NCBI RefSeq assembly: GCF_000023965.1
Contig: NC_013202.1
Coordinates: 2,580,001-2,612,000 of the forward strand
DNA: 32,000 nucleotides
Source of the DNA: Halomicrobium mukohataei DSM 12286
GTDB lineage: Archaea > Halobacteriota > Halobacteria > Halobacteriales > Haloarculaceae
Direction: 5' to 3'
Part shown: piece after piece, positions 9,213-17,427 of the stretch
Layout: each line of letters begins with the position of its first letter
Numbering within the stretch: the stretch's first letter is position 1
Translations under genes and position numbers: made by a program
The notes under the pieces: model-generated
Told to the model about the DNA's origin: nothing
The model's database searches: none
Seen by the model: only the letters and a program-made list of their open reading frames with translations

Positions 9213-9845
9213 TTAGCTGTTGGGCCGTCCGAGCGCTCGGTCGCCCGTCAGGTGCCAGTGTGCGGTGACGACGACCCAGCCACAGAAGACGACTGCGCCG
9301 TACATCTCGGGAATCGCCAGCCCCGACTGCCGAACGCCACCGGTCAGGAACCAGACGTACCAGCCCCCGAGGTGGGCGATACCCAGCAGGATCGTGACCG
9401 CGCCGCGCAGCCGGTCGCCGGCGAGGACGTTGCCCGTCCCGTAGAGCCAGAACGCGACGGTAAACAGCAGGTAGTGGCCGATCGCGACCGCGAAGTGCGG
9501 GGCGGTCCCGTCGGGGAAGGTACCGACGCCGGCCAGCGAGAGCAGCGAGAGCCCGAGGACGACGGCACCGAGCCGTTCGACGAGGCCATTGCTCCCGAGC
9601 CAGACCGCTCCGGCGAAGCCCAGCCCCGCGAGCCCGCCGACGATCAGCCCGCCGTTGAACAGCAACCGCGTCGGGCCCGTCGCGACACCCTCGGCTGCGG
9701 CCCTACTCTCCAGAGCGCCGAGATGCGAGAGCGCGTTCACCGTCCAGTCGAACCCCGGCGAGAGCGTCGTCGCGAGCAGAATCGCACCCAGCGTGACGAT
9801 CGGTACCCCGACCCCGGTCCACGCGGCCATTCGCTCGTACTGCAT
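9213..9845 (-). CDS. DUF998-like integral membrane protein
   Basis: 210 aa from the internal ATG 9845 (MQYERMAAWTGVGVPIVTLGAILLATTLSPGFDWTVNALSHLG...), with about 6 TM helices. The upstream part of track ORF 9213..10445 is Arg-rich out-of-frame noise. The ATG overlaps the stop of the upstream DUF2071 gene (TGATG). Confidence 0.7.
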   Translation of the reverse strand: MQYERMAAWTGVGVPIVTLGAILLATTLSPGFDWTVNALSHLGALESRAAAEGVATGPTRLLFNGGLIVGGLAGLGFAGAVWLGSNGLVERLGAVVLGLSLLSLAGVGTFPDGTAPHFAVAIGHYLLFTVAFWLYGTGNVLAGDRLRGAVTILLGIAHLGGWYVWFLTGGVRQSGLAIPEMYGAVVFCGWVVVTAHWHLTGDRALGRPNS

Positions 9846-10576
9846 CACAGACACCACAGAGACCGCGCGTTCATAATCGTTGTGGGCGACAGCGGCTCCA
9901 GCACGCCGACGCCCATCTCGACGCCGGGACTGTAGTGGGCCAGCGGTTCGCCGTCCAGGGCGTCGACTCCCGCCGCGTCCAGCAGCGTCGTCTCCGTCAC
10001 GGCCGCGTCGGCGGGCTGGACCGTCCACGGCGGGTGTCCCACCGACCCGACGAGCCGCGCCTCCAGCGGCCCGGTCGTCACGTAGCGCTCGCGATCGAGC
10101 AGGAAGGCGGCGAGGGTGTCGGGAGCCGTCGTCGTCGGCGTCCCGGTCGGCTCGAACGTGACGCCCAGTCGCGCGTTCCCGCCGTCTCGCCGCCGCGAGA
10201 CCACCTCCGTGCGGCCGCCCTGGCGTCGTCGTCGTACGTCGGCGTGGGACGCCGGCAGGTGAAAGAGCGTTCGGAGTGCGTCTACGACGAGACGGTCGGT
10301 CACGTCCAGCGAGAGAAACGCGACCGCACGGTCGCCGGACGGCGTCTGCACGTACGTGCGGACGGCGACGGTCTCGACGTGCTCGCGAAGGGGAACGCCG
10401 AAGGCGTCGAAGCAGTCGATCGAGAGCGACAGCGCGGACACCCACGCCGTGCCGTCCGTCGTGTCCGGTCGCGCCCAGGCGGGGAGCGCGTCACGAACCG
10501 CGGCGGGCGCGACCGGCCAGTGGAGGAAACACACGTCCGAGAGCGCGATAGAGAGGGGACGCAGCGGTCCAGACAT
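9845..10576 (-). CDS. DUF2071 (YqjF-like) family protein
   Basis: 243 aa. It contains LSDVCFLHWPV..., ...RTYV..., ...GHPPWTVQPA... These blocks are shared with the next gene (FAHWPVP, LRTYV, DHPPWDLQPA). Confidence 0.75.
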   Translation of the reverse strand: MSGPLRPLSIALSDVCFLHWPVAPAAVRDALPAWARPDTTDGTAWVSALSLSIDCFDAFGVPLREHVETVAVRTYVQTPSGDRAVAFLSLDVTDRLVVDALRTLFHLPASHADVRRRRQGGRTEVVSRRRDGGNARLGVTFEPTGTPTTTAPDTLAAFLLDRERYVTTGPLEARLVGSVGHPPWTVQPADAAVTETTLLDAAGVDALDGEPLAHYSPGVEMGVGVLEPLSPTTIMNARSLWCL

Positions 10577-10634
10577 GTCCCACCGTAGGAGTGCGAGTAG
10601 CTTTAGTGACCCGGCGGTCGAGAAGCACCGCCGA

Positions 10635-11321
10635 TCAGCGGTGTCGGTGGAGTCGGCCCGCGGTCACGTCGAGGCCGGGGCTGAAGTGGACGACCCGCTC
10701 GGAGTCGGGCGCGTCGAAGCCGCTGGCGGCGAACAGGTCGTTGCGGTCGAACGTGACCGTCGCCGGCTGGAGGTCCCACGGCGGGTGGTCGATGTCGGCG
10801 AAGTAGATCCGGCCGCGGTCGTCGGCCACGTAGAACCGATACCGCTCCGTGAGGAACGCGGCCAGCGAGTCGTCGCGTGCGGGCTCGGGCAGGCCGGTGG
10901 GCTCGAAGCTGGCTCGGAATCGAACGTCCGGGGCGTCGGGGTGGGTGCGCACGCTCTGGAGGCGCGTCCGCGAGCCGTGGCGATGAGCGGTCATCCGTGC
11001 GCGGTAGTAGGGCAGCCGGAACAACCGGCGAGCCACCGCGACGCCGAGCCGGTCGTCGGCGTCGAGGTTGTAGAAGTACACCCCCGGCTGGCCGTCCAGC
11101 GTGACGTACGTCCGGAGGTTCAGCTCGTAGAACGAGCGTCCGATCGGGGAGCCCCGCGGCCGGATGTCCGCCATTCGGAAGGGGACGACGCCGAGCCACG
11201 CGGACCCGTCGAAGGTGTCGACGGAGAGCCCCTCGGGCAGGGACTGGGCGACCGTCTCGACCGGGACCGGCCAGTGGGCGAACAGGACGTTTCGCCACTC
11301 CATCGAGAGCAGACGACGCAT
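10635..11321 (-). CDS. DUF2071 (YqjF-like) family protein, tandem paralogue
   Basis: The track start 11345 is a TTG. I prefer ATG 11321 (MRRLLSMEWRNVLFAHWPVPVE...). A TATA-like CTTATTG lies about 25-30 nt upstream. Confidence 0.75.
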   Translation of the reverse strand: MRRLLSMEWRNVLFAHWPVPVETVAQSLPEGLSVDTFDGSAWLGVVPFRMADIRPRGSPIGRSFYELNLRTYVTLDGQPGVYFYNLDADDRLGVAVARRLFRLPYYRARMTAHRHGSRTRLQSVRTHPDAPDVRFRASFEPTGLPEPARDDSLAAFLTERYRFYVADDRGRIYFADIDHPPWDLQPATVTFDRNDLFAASGFDAPDSERVVHFSPGLDVTAGRLHRHR

Positions 11322-11439
11322 ACTCGACGTTAGGGCTGGTGACAATAAGGGGTGTCGCCCGGGGAACTTTGGGGCTTCCCACTCCAGTGGCGGACATGGA
11401 GTGTGCAGTCAGGCAAGGCGGCGCAGGCCGGAGACAGCG

Positions 11440-11688
11440 ATGAGTGACGAGGACTCGGACGGCGGACCACCGGAACGCTGCCCCATCTGCGAGACGCCGT
11501 ACGCCTCCGTCTCGGTCCACGAGGAGGGCGTCGCGGTGAACCTGATCGAGAACGAGCGCTTCCGACGGGTCTGTTTCGAACCGATCGACGACGGCGGCCC
11601 GCGGTTGCGGTTCTACCACCACACCCACGAGCAAGCCGGGACGACCCCGTCGAGCGAACGCGGGACCCCCGGTGGACGGGTTCCCTGA
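11440..11688 (+). CDS. Small (82 aa) acidic zinc-finger-like protein (CPxC type), hypothetical
   Basis: The internal ATG of track ORF 11164..11688 gives MSDEDSDGGPPERCPICETPYASVSVHEEGVAVNLIENERFRRVCFEPIDDGGPRLRFYHHTHEQ... CPIC plus downstream Cys/His residues are candidate metal ligands. The gene is divergent from the DUF2071 gene. Confidence 0.55.
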   Translation: MSDEDSDGGPPERCPICETPYASVSVHEEGVAVNLIENERFRRVCFEPIDDGGPRLRFYHHTHEQAGTTPSSERGTPGGRVP

Positions 11689-11726
11689 GCCTGTTTGCGA
11701 TGTGAGTATACGTAATACGTTTCGAC

Positions 11727-12067
11727 TCCCGCTCGCCCTTTCGCGGCCCGCTGCTCGCTTCGCTCCCAGCGCGCCGCGCTACTCACGGATCGTTCCTCCC
11801 CGCTCGCCCTTTCGCGGCCCGCTGCTCGCTTCGCTCCCAGCGCGCCGCGCTACTCACGGATCGTTCCTCCCCGCTCGCCCTTTCGCGGCCCGCTGCTCGC
11901 TTCGCTCCCAGCGCGCCGCGCTACTCACGGATCGTTCCTCCCCGCTCGCCCTTTCGCGGCCCGCTGCTCGCTTCGCTCCCAGCGCGCCGCGCTACTCACG
12001 GATCGTTCCTCCCCGCTCGCCCTTTCGCGGCCCGCTGCTCGCTTCGCTCCCAGCGCGCCGCGCTACT
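11727..12067. repeat. Perfect 71-bp tandem repeat, about 4.8 copies
   Basis: The unit gctcgccctttcgcggcccgctgctcgcttcgctcccagcgcgccgcgctactcacggatcgttcctcccc starts at 11731, 11802, 11873, 11944 and 12015. I saw no mismatch among the full units. The last partial unit runs into the stop codon (12063-12065) of the reductase gene. Confidence 0.95.
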
Positions 12068-13040
12068 CGTGGCCCGAAACCGGCACCGGCTCGTAGGGCG
12101 CTTCCAGCCACTCGATGTCGCTGTCGGACAGCGAGATGTCGAGCGCCGCGACGGCCTGTTCGAGGTGCTCGATGCTCGTGGTGCCGACGATCGGGGCGTC
12201 CACGGCGTCTTTGTGCAGGAGCCACGAGAGCGCGATCTGGGCCATCGTCGCGTCCCTCTCGTCGGCCAGTTCCTGGACGCGCTCGTTGATCTCGCGGCCG
12301 CCGCCCTCGAAGTAGGGGTGTTCCCGCGCGTAGTCGTCGGTCTGGCCCCGCGTCGTGGCGTCGAACTCCTCGTGGGGGCGCGTGAGGTAGCCGCGGGCGA
12401 GCGGGCTCCACGGGATGACGGCGACGGCGTCCCGCTGGCAGAACGGGAGCATCTCGCGTTCCTCCTCGCGATAGAGGAGGTTGTAGTGGTTCTGCATCGT
12501 CTCGAAGCGGGTCAGGTCCTCGCGCTCGCTGGTCCGCAGGGCCTCGGCGAACTGGTAGGTCCACATCGAGGACGCACCGGCGTGGCGGATCTGGCCGCGG
12601 CGGACGGCGTCGTCCAGCGTCCGTAGCGTCGTCTCGATTGGCGTGTCGTCGTCCCAGCGGTGGATCTGGTAGAGGTCGACGGTGTCCATGCCCAGCCGGT
12701 CCAGCGAGGCCGACAGCTCCTGCTCGATGGCCTTCCGCGAGAGACCGCCGGAGTTGGGGTCGTCCTCGTCCATCTGGAAGAAGCCCTTCGTGGCGACGAC
12801 CTGCTCGTCGCGGTCGTACGCCGACAGCGCCTCACCAAGGACGCGCTCGGACTCGCCCGCCGAATACATGTTTGCCGTATCGAAGAAGTTGATCCCCAGG
12901 TCGATCGCGCGATCGATGACCGCCCGGCTCTCGGACTCGTCGAGGACCCAGTCGCGCCACTCGGAAGTGCCGAAGCTCATACACCCCAGACAGAGCTTCG
13001 AGACCTCGATCCCGGTCGAACCCAGCGTCGTGTACTCCAT
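12063..13040 (-). CDS. Aldo/keto reductase family oxidoreductase
   Basis: MEYTTLGSTGIEVSKLCLGCMSFG..., DTANMYS, QIHRWD and a typical AKR C-terminus. I start at ATG 13040; the track start 13064 is a GTG. Confidence 0.92.
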   Translation of the reverse strand: MEYTTLGSTGIEVSKLCLGCMSFGTSEWRDWVLDESESRAVIDRAIDLGINFFDTANMYSAGESERVLGEALSAYDRDEQVVATKGFFQMDEDDPNSGGLSRKAIEQELSASLDRLGMDTVDLYQIHRWDDDTPIETTLRTLDDAVRRGQIRHAGASSMWTYQFAEALRTSEREDLTRFETMQNHYNLLYREEEREMLPFCQRDAVAVIPWSPLARGYLTRPHEEFDATTRGQTDDYAREHPYFEGGGREINERVQELADERDATMAQIALSWLLHKDAVDAPIVGTTSIEHLEQAVAALDISLSDSDIEWLEAPYEPVPVSGHE

Positions 13041-13089
13041 ACCGGAGCCAGCGGACGGTGCCACAAAAAGGTACGTCGGCGACGGCCGA

Positions 13090-14172
13090 CTACAGCGACT
13101 CGGGCTCGACGCGGGCGACGTACCGGCGCGCGACCACGAACAGCACCACGGCGGCGACGACGTAGCCGACGACGTGACCGTAAGTCACGAGCGACGGGCT
13201 GTCGACCGCGAGCTTGGCCGCCGTCGTCGATGGGTGTTCCGGCAGGAGGATCGCCGCGCCGAACACCACCAGCGTCAGAACCGAGTACAGGAGCTGTGCG
13301 GGCCGTCGGCGACCGAGCTGCAGTCCCAGCACGACGCCGAAGACGACGACGATCGTCGCCGTCGCGGTGACGAACACCAACAGCGCCAGCGGATTCGACA
13401 CCGCGATACCGTTGGCCGACAGCAGGCCGATCCACAGCGCGGCCTGTGCCGGTGCCAGCGCGATCATCGCCAGCGACTTCCCGTCGACCACGTCGACCAG
13501 GCTGACCGGCGCGACCCGCAGCAGTTCGAGCGTGCCGCGTTCGATCTCCTCGGTGATGGTGTCGACGGCGACCGAGCCGCTGATGAACGGCGGCAAGAAC
13601 AGCAAGAGCGGGATCAAGACGGTGTAGGTGAAGCTGAAGTACGGACTGGCGTTCGCCTCCGGCGGGAGTTCGAGGGGCGGCGCATCGAGCGAGTCGGCGC
13701 GCTCGAACCGTTCGTTGCGCTCCAGGGTCTTCAGCACCTCGCGCAACTGGACGACGATCAACGTCGTCCGGATGCTGCCGTCCGGCGCGATCGCCGTCAC
13801 CTCGATTACCCGGCCGTCACTGTCGGGCGGAGAATCGTAGGTCCCCGTCAACACCGCGTCGACGCGCCCGACGTTGAACGCCTGCTGGGCGTCGTCGGTC
13901 GCGTCGAACGCGACCGGCTGGACGCCCTCGGTCTCCGCGACGGCCTCGAACAACTCCTGTTGGGCGTCGCCGGTGACGGCCATCTCGATGCCGCCCGACT
14001 CGACCGAACCGGGATCGTACAGCGACGTGAGCCCGACCACGAGGAACGACGAGAACGCCGCCACGAACAGCTGGATCAGAATCGCGAGCACGATCGTCTT
14101 CTCGCGTCCGAGCGACGCCAGGTCCCGGCGGGCGATCACGAGTCGCGGGTCCAGCGAGCGATCACTGGCCAA
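13090..14172 (-). CDS. ABC-2 type transporter permease (NatB-like)
   Basis: 360 aa with an N-terminal TM helix, a large extracytoplasmic domain and a C-terminal 5-TM bundle. The only start in frame near the N-terminus is TTG 14172, which overlaps the upstream gene by 11 nt. Confidence 0.8.
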   Translation of the reverse strand: MASDRSLDPRLVIARRDLASLGREKTIVLAILIQLFVAAFSSFLVVGLTSLYDPGSVESGGIEMAVTGDAQQELFEAVAETEGVQPVAFDATDDAQQAFNVGRVDAVLTGTYDSPPDSDGRVIEVTAIAPDGSIRTTLIVVQLREVLKTLERNERFERADSLDAPPLELPPEANASPYFSFTYTVLIPLLLFLPPFISGSVAVDTITEEIERGTLELLRVAPVSLVDVVDGKSLAMIALAPAQAALWIGLLSANGIAVSNPLALLVFVTATATIVVVFGVVLGLQLGRRRPAQLLYSVLTLVVFGAAILLPEHPSTTAAKLAVDSPSLVTYGHVVGYVVAAVVLFVVARRYVARVEPESL

Positions 14173-15994
14173 GGGCGATCACCACCGTGTAGTTGTAGGC
14201 GAAGTGAATCGCCATCGCGGCCCCCAGGGCCAGCAGGTACGACCGCCGAGAGCGCCGCGCCCCGAGCGAGGAGACCGTCGCGGTGACGACGTGCAAGAGG
14301 AGCGGCAGGAGCAGGAGGACGGCGACGGTGAGCCAGATCGGCACGCCGGACGGCAGCAGCTCCAGCCCGACCTGGCTGGTCTGTATCTCCCGGAGTCCCG
14401 GATTGACCAGTTGCGCCACGAGCGTCACCTTCTCTGCCAGGAAGAACCCGACGCCACTGAGTGTGCCGACGACCACTCCGGTCCGGAGCGACCGGTCGTA
14501 CCGACCGCTGGTGTAGCCGGCATAGAGGTGCAGACTCTTCGCGACTTCTTCGATGAAGACGACCGCACCGAGGATCAGGGGGATCGTCAGTGCCGTCGAC
14601 AGCCCTTGTAGCGGGAAGATCAGTGCGATCGCCACCAGCTCGGCGACTAATACGAGCGGGATCAGCAACACGGAGAGTTTCAGCGCGCTCCAGTTCGACT
14701 TGATTCGACCCGAGAGCGCGTCGAGTACTTTCAGGGGAATCGATCGCTGGGTGAACATGTCCTCTTCCCGGTAGAGTCCGGCCCCCAGTCCGAACAGGAC
14801 GACGGCCGTCAGCGTGGGCGGGATCGTCGAGAACGCGAAGTTGCTCGCCGTCACGGTCTGGGCCTGGAGATCACGGACTACCACCGTCAGCGGCGAGATC
14901 AGCGCGATCGGGGTCACGTCGGTGAAGATCGCCGGCACGAAGGCGTAGCTGGTCAGCGAGACCGTCACGGTCACCGTGACGAAGGTCAGCTCCTTGAACG
15001 ACCGCGCGAACATCGCGCCACAGAACGTCGCCGAGAGGAAGAGCAGAGCGATCGGGAGCATCGCCAGGACCGCGATCGGCCCGCCCCCGGCGGTCAGCCC
15101 GCCGAATCGCAGACCGAGCGTAATCGCCGTTACGACGCCCATGGCACCGAGGAAGTACGGCATCGTCTTGCCGGCGACGATGTCGAACCGGCTGACCGGA
15201 GAGACCAACAGCAGTTCCCCTCGTCGGTTGAGCCGCTCGGAGAGCATCGTCGAGCCGTAGGCCTGGATGACGAAGTTCATCGGGACGATAAAGAGGAAGG
15301 CGAGTACGAGCGACTCGAAGGGGAAGGGCGGCTGGATGTCCGAGGGAGAGCCGGTTGTCGATCCACCCGTCAGTCCCGCGCCGAGCCCGGCCAGCCCACC
15401 GGCATCGCTGTCGGTCGAGCCGCCGGCACTGCCGCCGTCGCCGCCGTCGCCGCCGCTCCCGCCGCTCGATCCGCCGGCACTGCCGCCGTTACCGTCGCCG
15501 TCTCCGTCCGAACCGCTGTCGGACGCGATCGTCTCAGAGACGCCGGACTGTTCGAGATAGACCAGCGTCACCGAGACGGGCTCTGCGGCGGTCCGGTTGT
15601 CATCGCGGGCCATCTGGCGGCTGTTGTACCGGTCGACGCTCGTGCGGAACTCACCGAGCGCCGCCCGCTCTTTGGGGTCTTCCGGACTGCTCGCCAGCTG
15701 TGTCCCGACGAAGAGCAGTTCCTGGTCGCCGCGTTCGACCGCCGCAGGGTCGGGCTCCTGGACGACGAAGGCCGCGTCGTCGCTGGCCGGTGCGTAGTAG
15801 GAACTCGACTCGTCGACGCCGATCCGGTAGAGCCCGCTGTCGAGTCCGCTGGCCCCACTGCTGGCTGCGAGCCCGGCGACCAGCACCATCGCCACGACCG
15901 AGACGGCCATGATGGCCACGGTCCGTTTGTCGACGCCCCCGGCGTTCTTGGTCACCTCCCACTTGGCGATCCGCAGTAGCTTCCGCGGGTTCAT
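14162..15994 (-). CDS. ABC-2 type permease fused to a C-terminal PrsW-like intramembrane protease domain
   Basis: 610 aa. It has an N-terminal TM helix, an extracytoplasmic domain, a Gly/Ser/Asp-rich linker (about nt 15320-15525) and an ABC-2 TM bundle. From about aa 440 come extra TM helices with FIEEVAKSL (EExxK), GFFLAEK (GFxxxE) and AIHFAYNY (HxxxN) motifs, as in PrsW/CAAX-type proteases. Confidence 0.8.
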   Translation of the reverse strand: MNPRKLLRIAKWEVTKNAGGVDKRTVAIMAVSVVAMVLVAGLAASSGASGLDSGLYRIGVDESSSYYAPASDDAAFVVQEPDPAAVERGDQELLFVGTQLASSPEDPKERAALGEFRTSVDRYNSRQMARDDNRTAAEPVSVTLVYLEQSGVSETIASDSGSDGDGDGNGGSAGGSSGGSGGDGGDGGSAGGSTDSDAGGLAGLGAGLTGGSTTGSPSDIQPPFPFESLVLAFLFIVPMNFVIQAYGSTMLSERLNRRGELLLVSPVSRFDIVAGKTMPYFLGAMGVVTAITLGLRFGGLTAGGGPIAVLAMLPIALLFLSATFCGAMFARSFKELTFVTVTVTVSLTSYAFVPAIFTDVTPIALISPLTVVVRDLQAQTVTASNFAFSTIPPTLTAVVLFGLGAGLYREEDMFTQRSIPLKVLDALSGRIKSNWSALKLSVLLIPLVLVAELVAIALIFPLQGLSTALTIPLILGAVVFIEEVAKSLHLYAGYTSGRYDRSLRTGVVVGTLSGVGFFLAEKVTLVAQLVNPGLREIQTSQVGLELLPSGVPIWLTVAVLLLLPLLLHVVTATVSSLGARRSRRSYLLALGAAMAIHFAYNYTVVIALGQ

Positions 15995-16891
15995 CTAGGC
16001 CTCCTCGACGTAGCGGGTCCCCGGCGTCTCGCTCTCGGCGACGTTGAGGAACACTTCTTCGAGACTCGACTCCTCGGTCCTGATGTCGATGACCTCGCCG
16101 CCGCGTTCGGCGGCGGCCGCCCGAACGTCCTCGACGCCGTCCATCGTCTCGACGACGCGCCGCCAGTTGCCGTTCTCCGCGACCGCGCCGGGCACCTCGA
16201 CGGTCGTGTAGACGTGGTACTCCCGATCGCCGTACTCGTCCTGGAGAGCTTCCAGATCGCCGCGAGCGACGATCTGGCCCTCGTTCATGATCGCCACGCG
16301 GTCGCAGATCGTCTCGACGTGATAGAGGTTGTGCGCCGAGAAGACGATGGTCTTGCCCTCCCGAGCCAGCTGCTCGGTGAACTGGATGACGTAGTTCGTC
16401 GTCAGCGGGTCCAGTCCGCTGGCGGGTTCGTCGTAGACCAGCACGTCCGGGTCGTTGATCAGCGATCTGGCGATGGCGACCTTCCGCTTCATCCCCTTGG
16501 ACATGTCGCCCAGCTTGCGCTCGCGGTGTTCGAGTTCGAGCTCGTCCAGCGTGTCGTGCATCCGTTCGGTCGCTACGTCCGTCGGCACGTCGTACAGGTC
16601 CGCGAAGAATCGCAGGTACGACAGCGGCGTCATCTCCTCGTAGAGGGGCGATTCCTCGGGGAGGAAACCGAGCTGCTGGCGCATCTCGGTGTCGGTCACG
16701 TCGTAGCCGGCGACGGACACGTCGCCGCTGGTCGGTTCGAGCAGTCCGGAGAGCATCTTCAGCGTCGTCGTCTTGCCCGCACCGTTCGGGCCGATGACGC
16801 CGAACACCTCGCCCCGGTCGACGGAGAACGTGCTCCCCTCGACGGCGACGAAGTCCCCGTACTCCTTGCGAAGGTCCCGAGCTTCGATCAT
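15995..16891 (-). CDS. ABC transporter ATP-binding protein (NatA/ABC-2 subfamily)
   Basis: 298 aa with Walker A GPNGAGKTT, signature MSKGMKRK and Walker B LVYDEP. Its stop codon directly abuts the start of the next gene. Confidence 0.93.
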   Translation of the reverse strand: MIEARDLRKEYGDFVAVEGSTFSVDRGEVFGVIGPNGAGKTTTLKMLSGLLEPTSGDVSVAGYDVTDTEMRQQLGFLPEESPLYEEMTPLSYLRFFADLYDVPTDVATERMHDTLDELELEHRERKLGDMSKGMKRKVAIARSLINDPDVLVYDEPASGLDPLTTNYVIQFTEQLAREGKTIVFSAHNLYHVETICDRVAIMNEGQIVARGDLEALQDEYGDREYHVYTTVEVPGAVAENGNWRRVVETMDGVEDVRAAAAERGGEVIDIRTEESSLEEVFLNVAESETPGTRYVEEA

Positions 16892-16963
16892 CTGCCCGAC
16901 GCTTGTGACCGAACTCCCCTATAGTTGCCCCCCGTTTATTAGCAGTGAGAACGAACTGCGGCC
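16892..16963. promoter_or_regulatory. Divergent promoter region with two TATA-like boxes
   Basis: ctatag (16919-16924) is centred about 30 nt from the ATPase ATG (16891, minus strand). tttatt (16935-16940) is centred about 27 nt from the GTG at 16964 (plus strand). This spacing is typical of leaderless haloarchaeal mRNAs. Confidence 0.4.
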
Positions 16964-17365
16964 GTGGCTCTGAACGTCGAGCGGACTCCAGACGGGCGTC
17001 GCCTCTGTATGAGCCGGGAGATTCCGGCGACCCGCGACGCCGCCTGGCGCGTTCTCACGGACACGAACCAGTGGCCCGACTGGGGACCGTCGGTGCGGGC
17101 CGTCGAGTCGAGCGAGCGGATCGTCGAACGGGGAACGACCGGCCGGGTGACGACGCCGATCGGGACGGTGCCGTTCGAGATCACGAGCTGTCGAGACTAC
17201 CGGTGGACGTGGCGGGTCGCGAAGATCCCTGCGACCGGCCACCGCGTCGAGAACGTCCGTGCGGACCACTGCCGGGTCGTCTTCGAGATCCCACTGCTCG
17301 CGGCGGGCTACGCGCCCGTGTGCCAGCGGGCACTGGGTCGGATCGAGGCGCTCCTGCGGGACTGA
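16964..17365 (+). CDS. SRPBCC (START/polyketide-cyclase-like) superfamily protein
   Basis: 133 aa containing REIPATRDAAWRVLTDTNQWPDWGP, typical of SRPBCC ligand-binding proteins. The start is a GTG supported by the TATA spacing. Confidence 0.7.
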   Translation: MALNVERTPDGRRLCMSREIPATRDAAWRVLTDTNQWPDWGPSVRAVESSERIVERGTTGRVTTPIGTVPFEITSCRDYRWTWRVAKIPATGHRVENVRADHCRVVFEIPLLAAGYAPVCQRALGRIEALLRD

Positions 17366-17388
17366 CGGGTCGATCCTGGATACGGTCA

Positions 17389-17409
17389 CTCTTTCCGCTT
17401 CGAAAAGAG
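17389..17409. terminator. Hairpin with T/A tracts between convergent genes, possible bidirectional terminator
   Basis: ctcttt ccgcttcga aaagag has a 6-bp stem. On the minus strand it reads CTCTTTTCGAAGCGGAAAGAG, with a T4 tract about 20 nt downstream of the binding-protein stop. Confidence 0.3.
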
Positions 17410-17427
17410 GGTCGCGCTGGTTCGTGG

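Noticed and set aside
11380-11403. A CCAGTGG core within the hairpin cactcca-N10-tggagtg, reminiscent of archaeal origin recognition boxes.
   Set aside because: It is a single copy with no orc1/cdc6 gene, no AT-rich unwinding element and no repeated ORBs. More likely it is a 5'-UTR or promoter hairpin of the small zinc-finger gene.
11727-12067. The 71-bp array as a CRISPR locus.
   Set aside because: The units are directly abutting and identical, with no unique spacers, and there are no cas genes in the window.
15320-15525. A GC-rich, quasi-repetitive DNA stretch (gccgccgtcgccgcc...) that looks like a DNA-level microsatellite.
   Set aside because: It is in frame within the 610-aa permease and encodes a Gly/Ser/Asp-rich linker. 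It is coding low complexity rather than an independent repeat element.
17387-17402. A 16-nt exact match cactctttccgcttcg between the convergent-gene hairpin (17387-17402) and the interior of the MITE (22596-22611).
   Set aside because: Similarity does not extend beyond the 16-mer. A rough estimate gives about 0.2-0.5 such matches by chance in 32 kb (both orientations), and more with biased composition.
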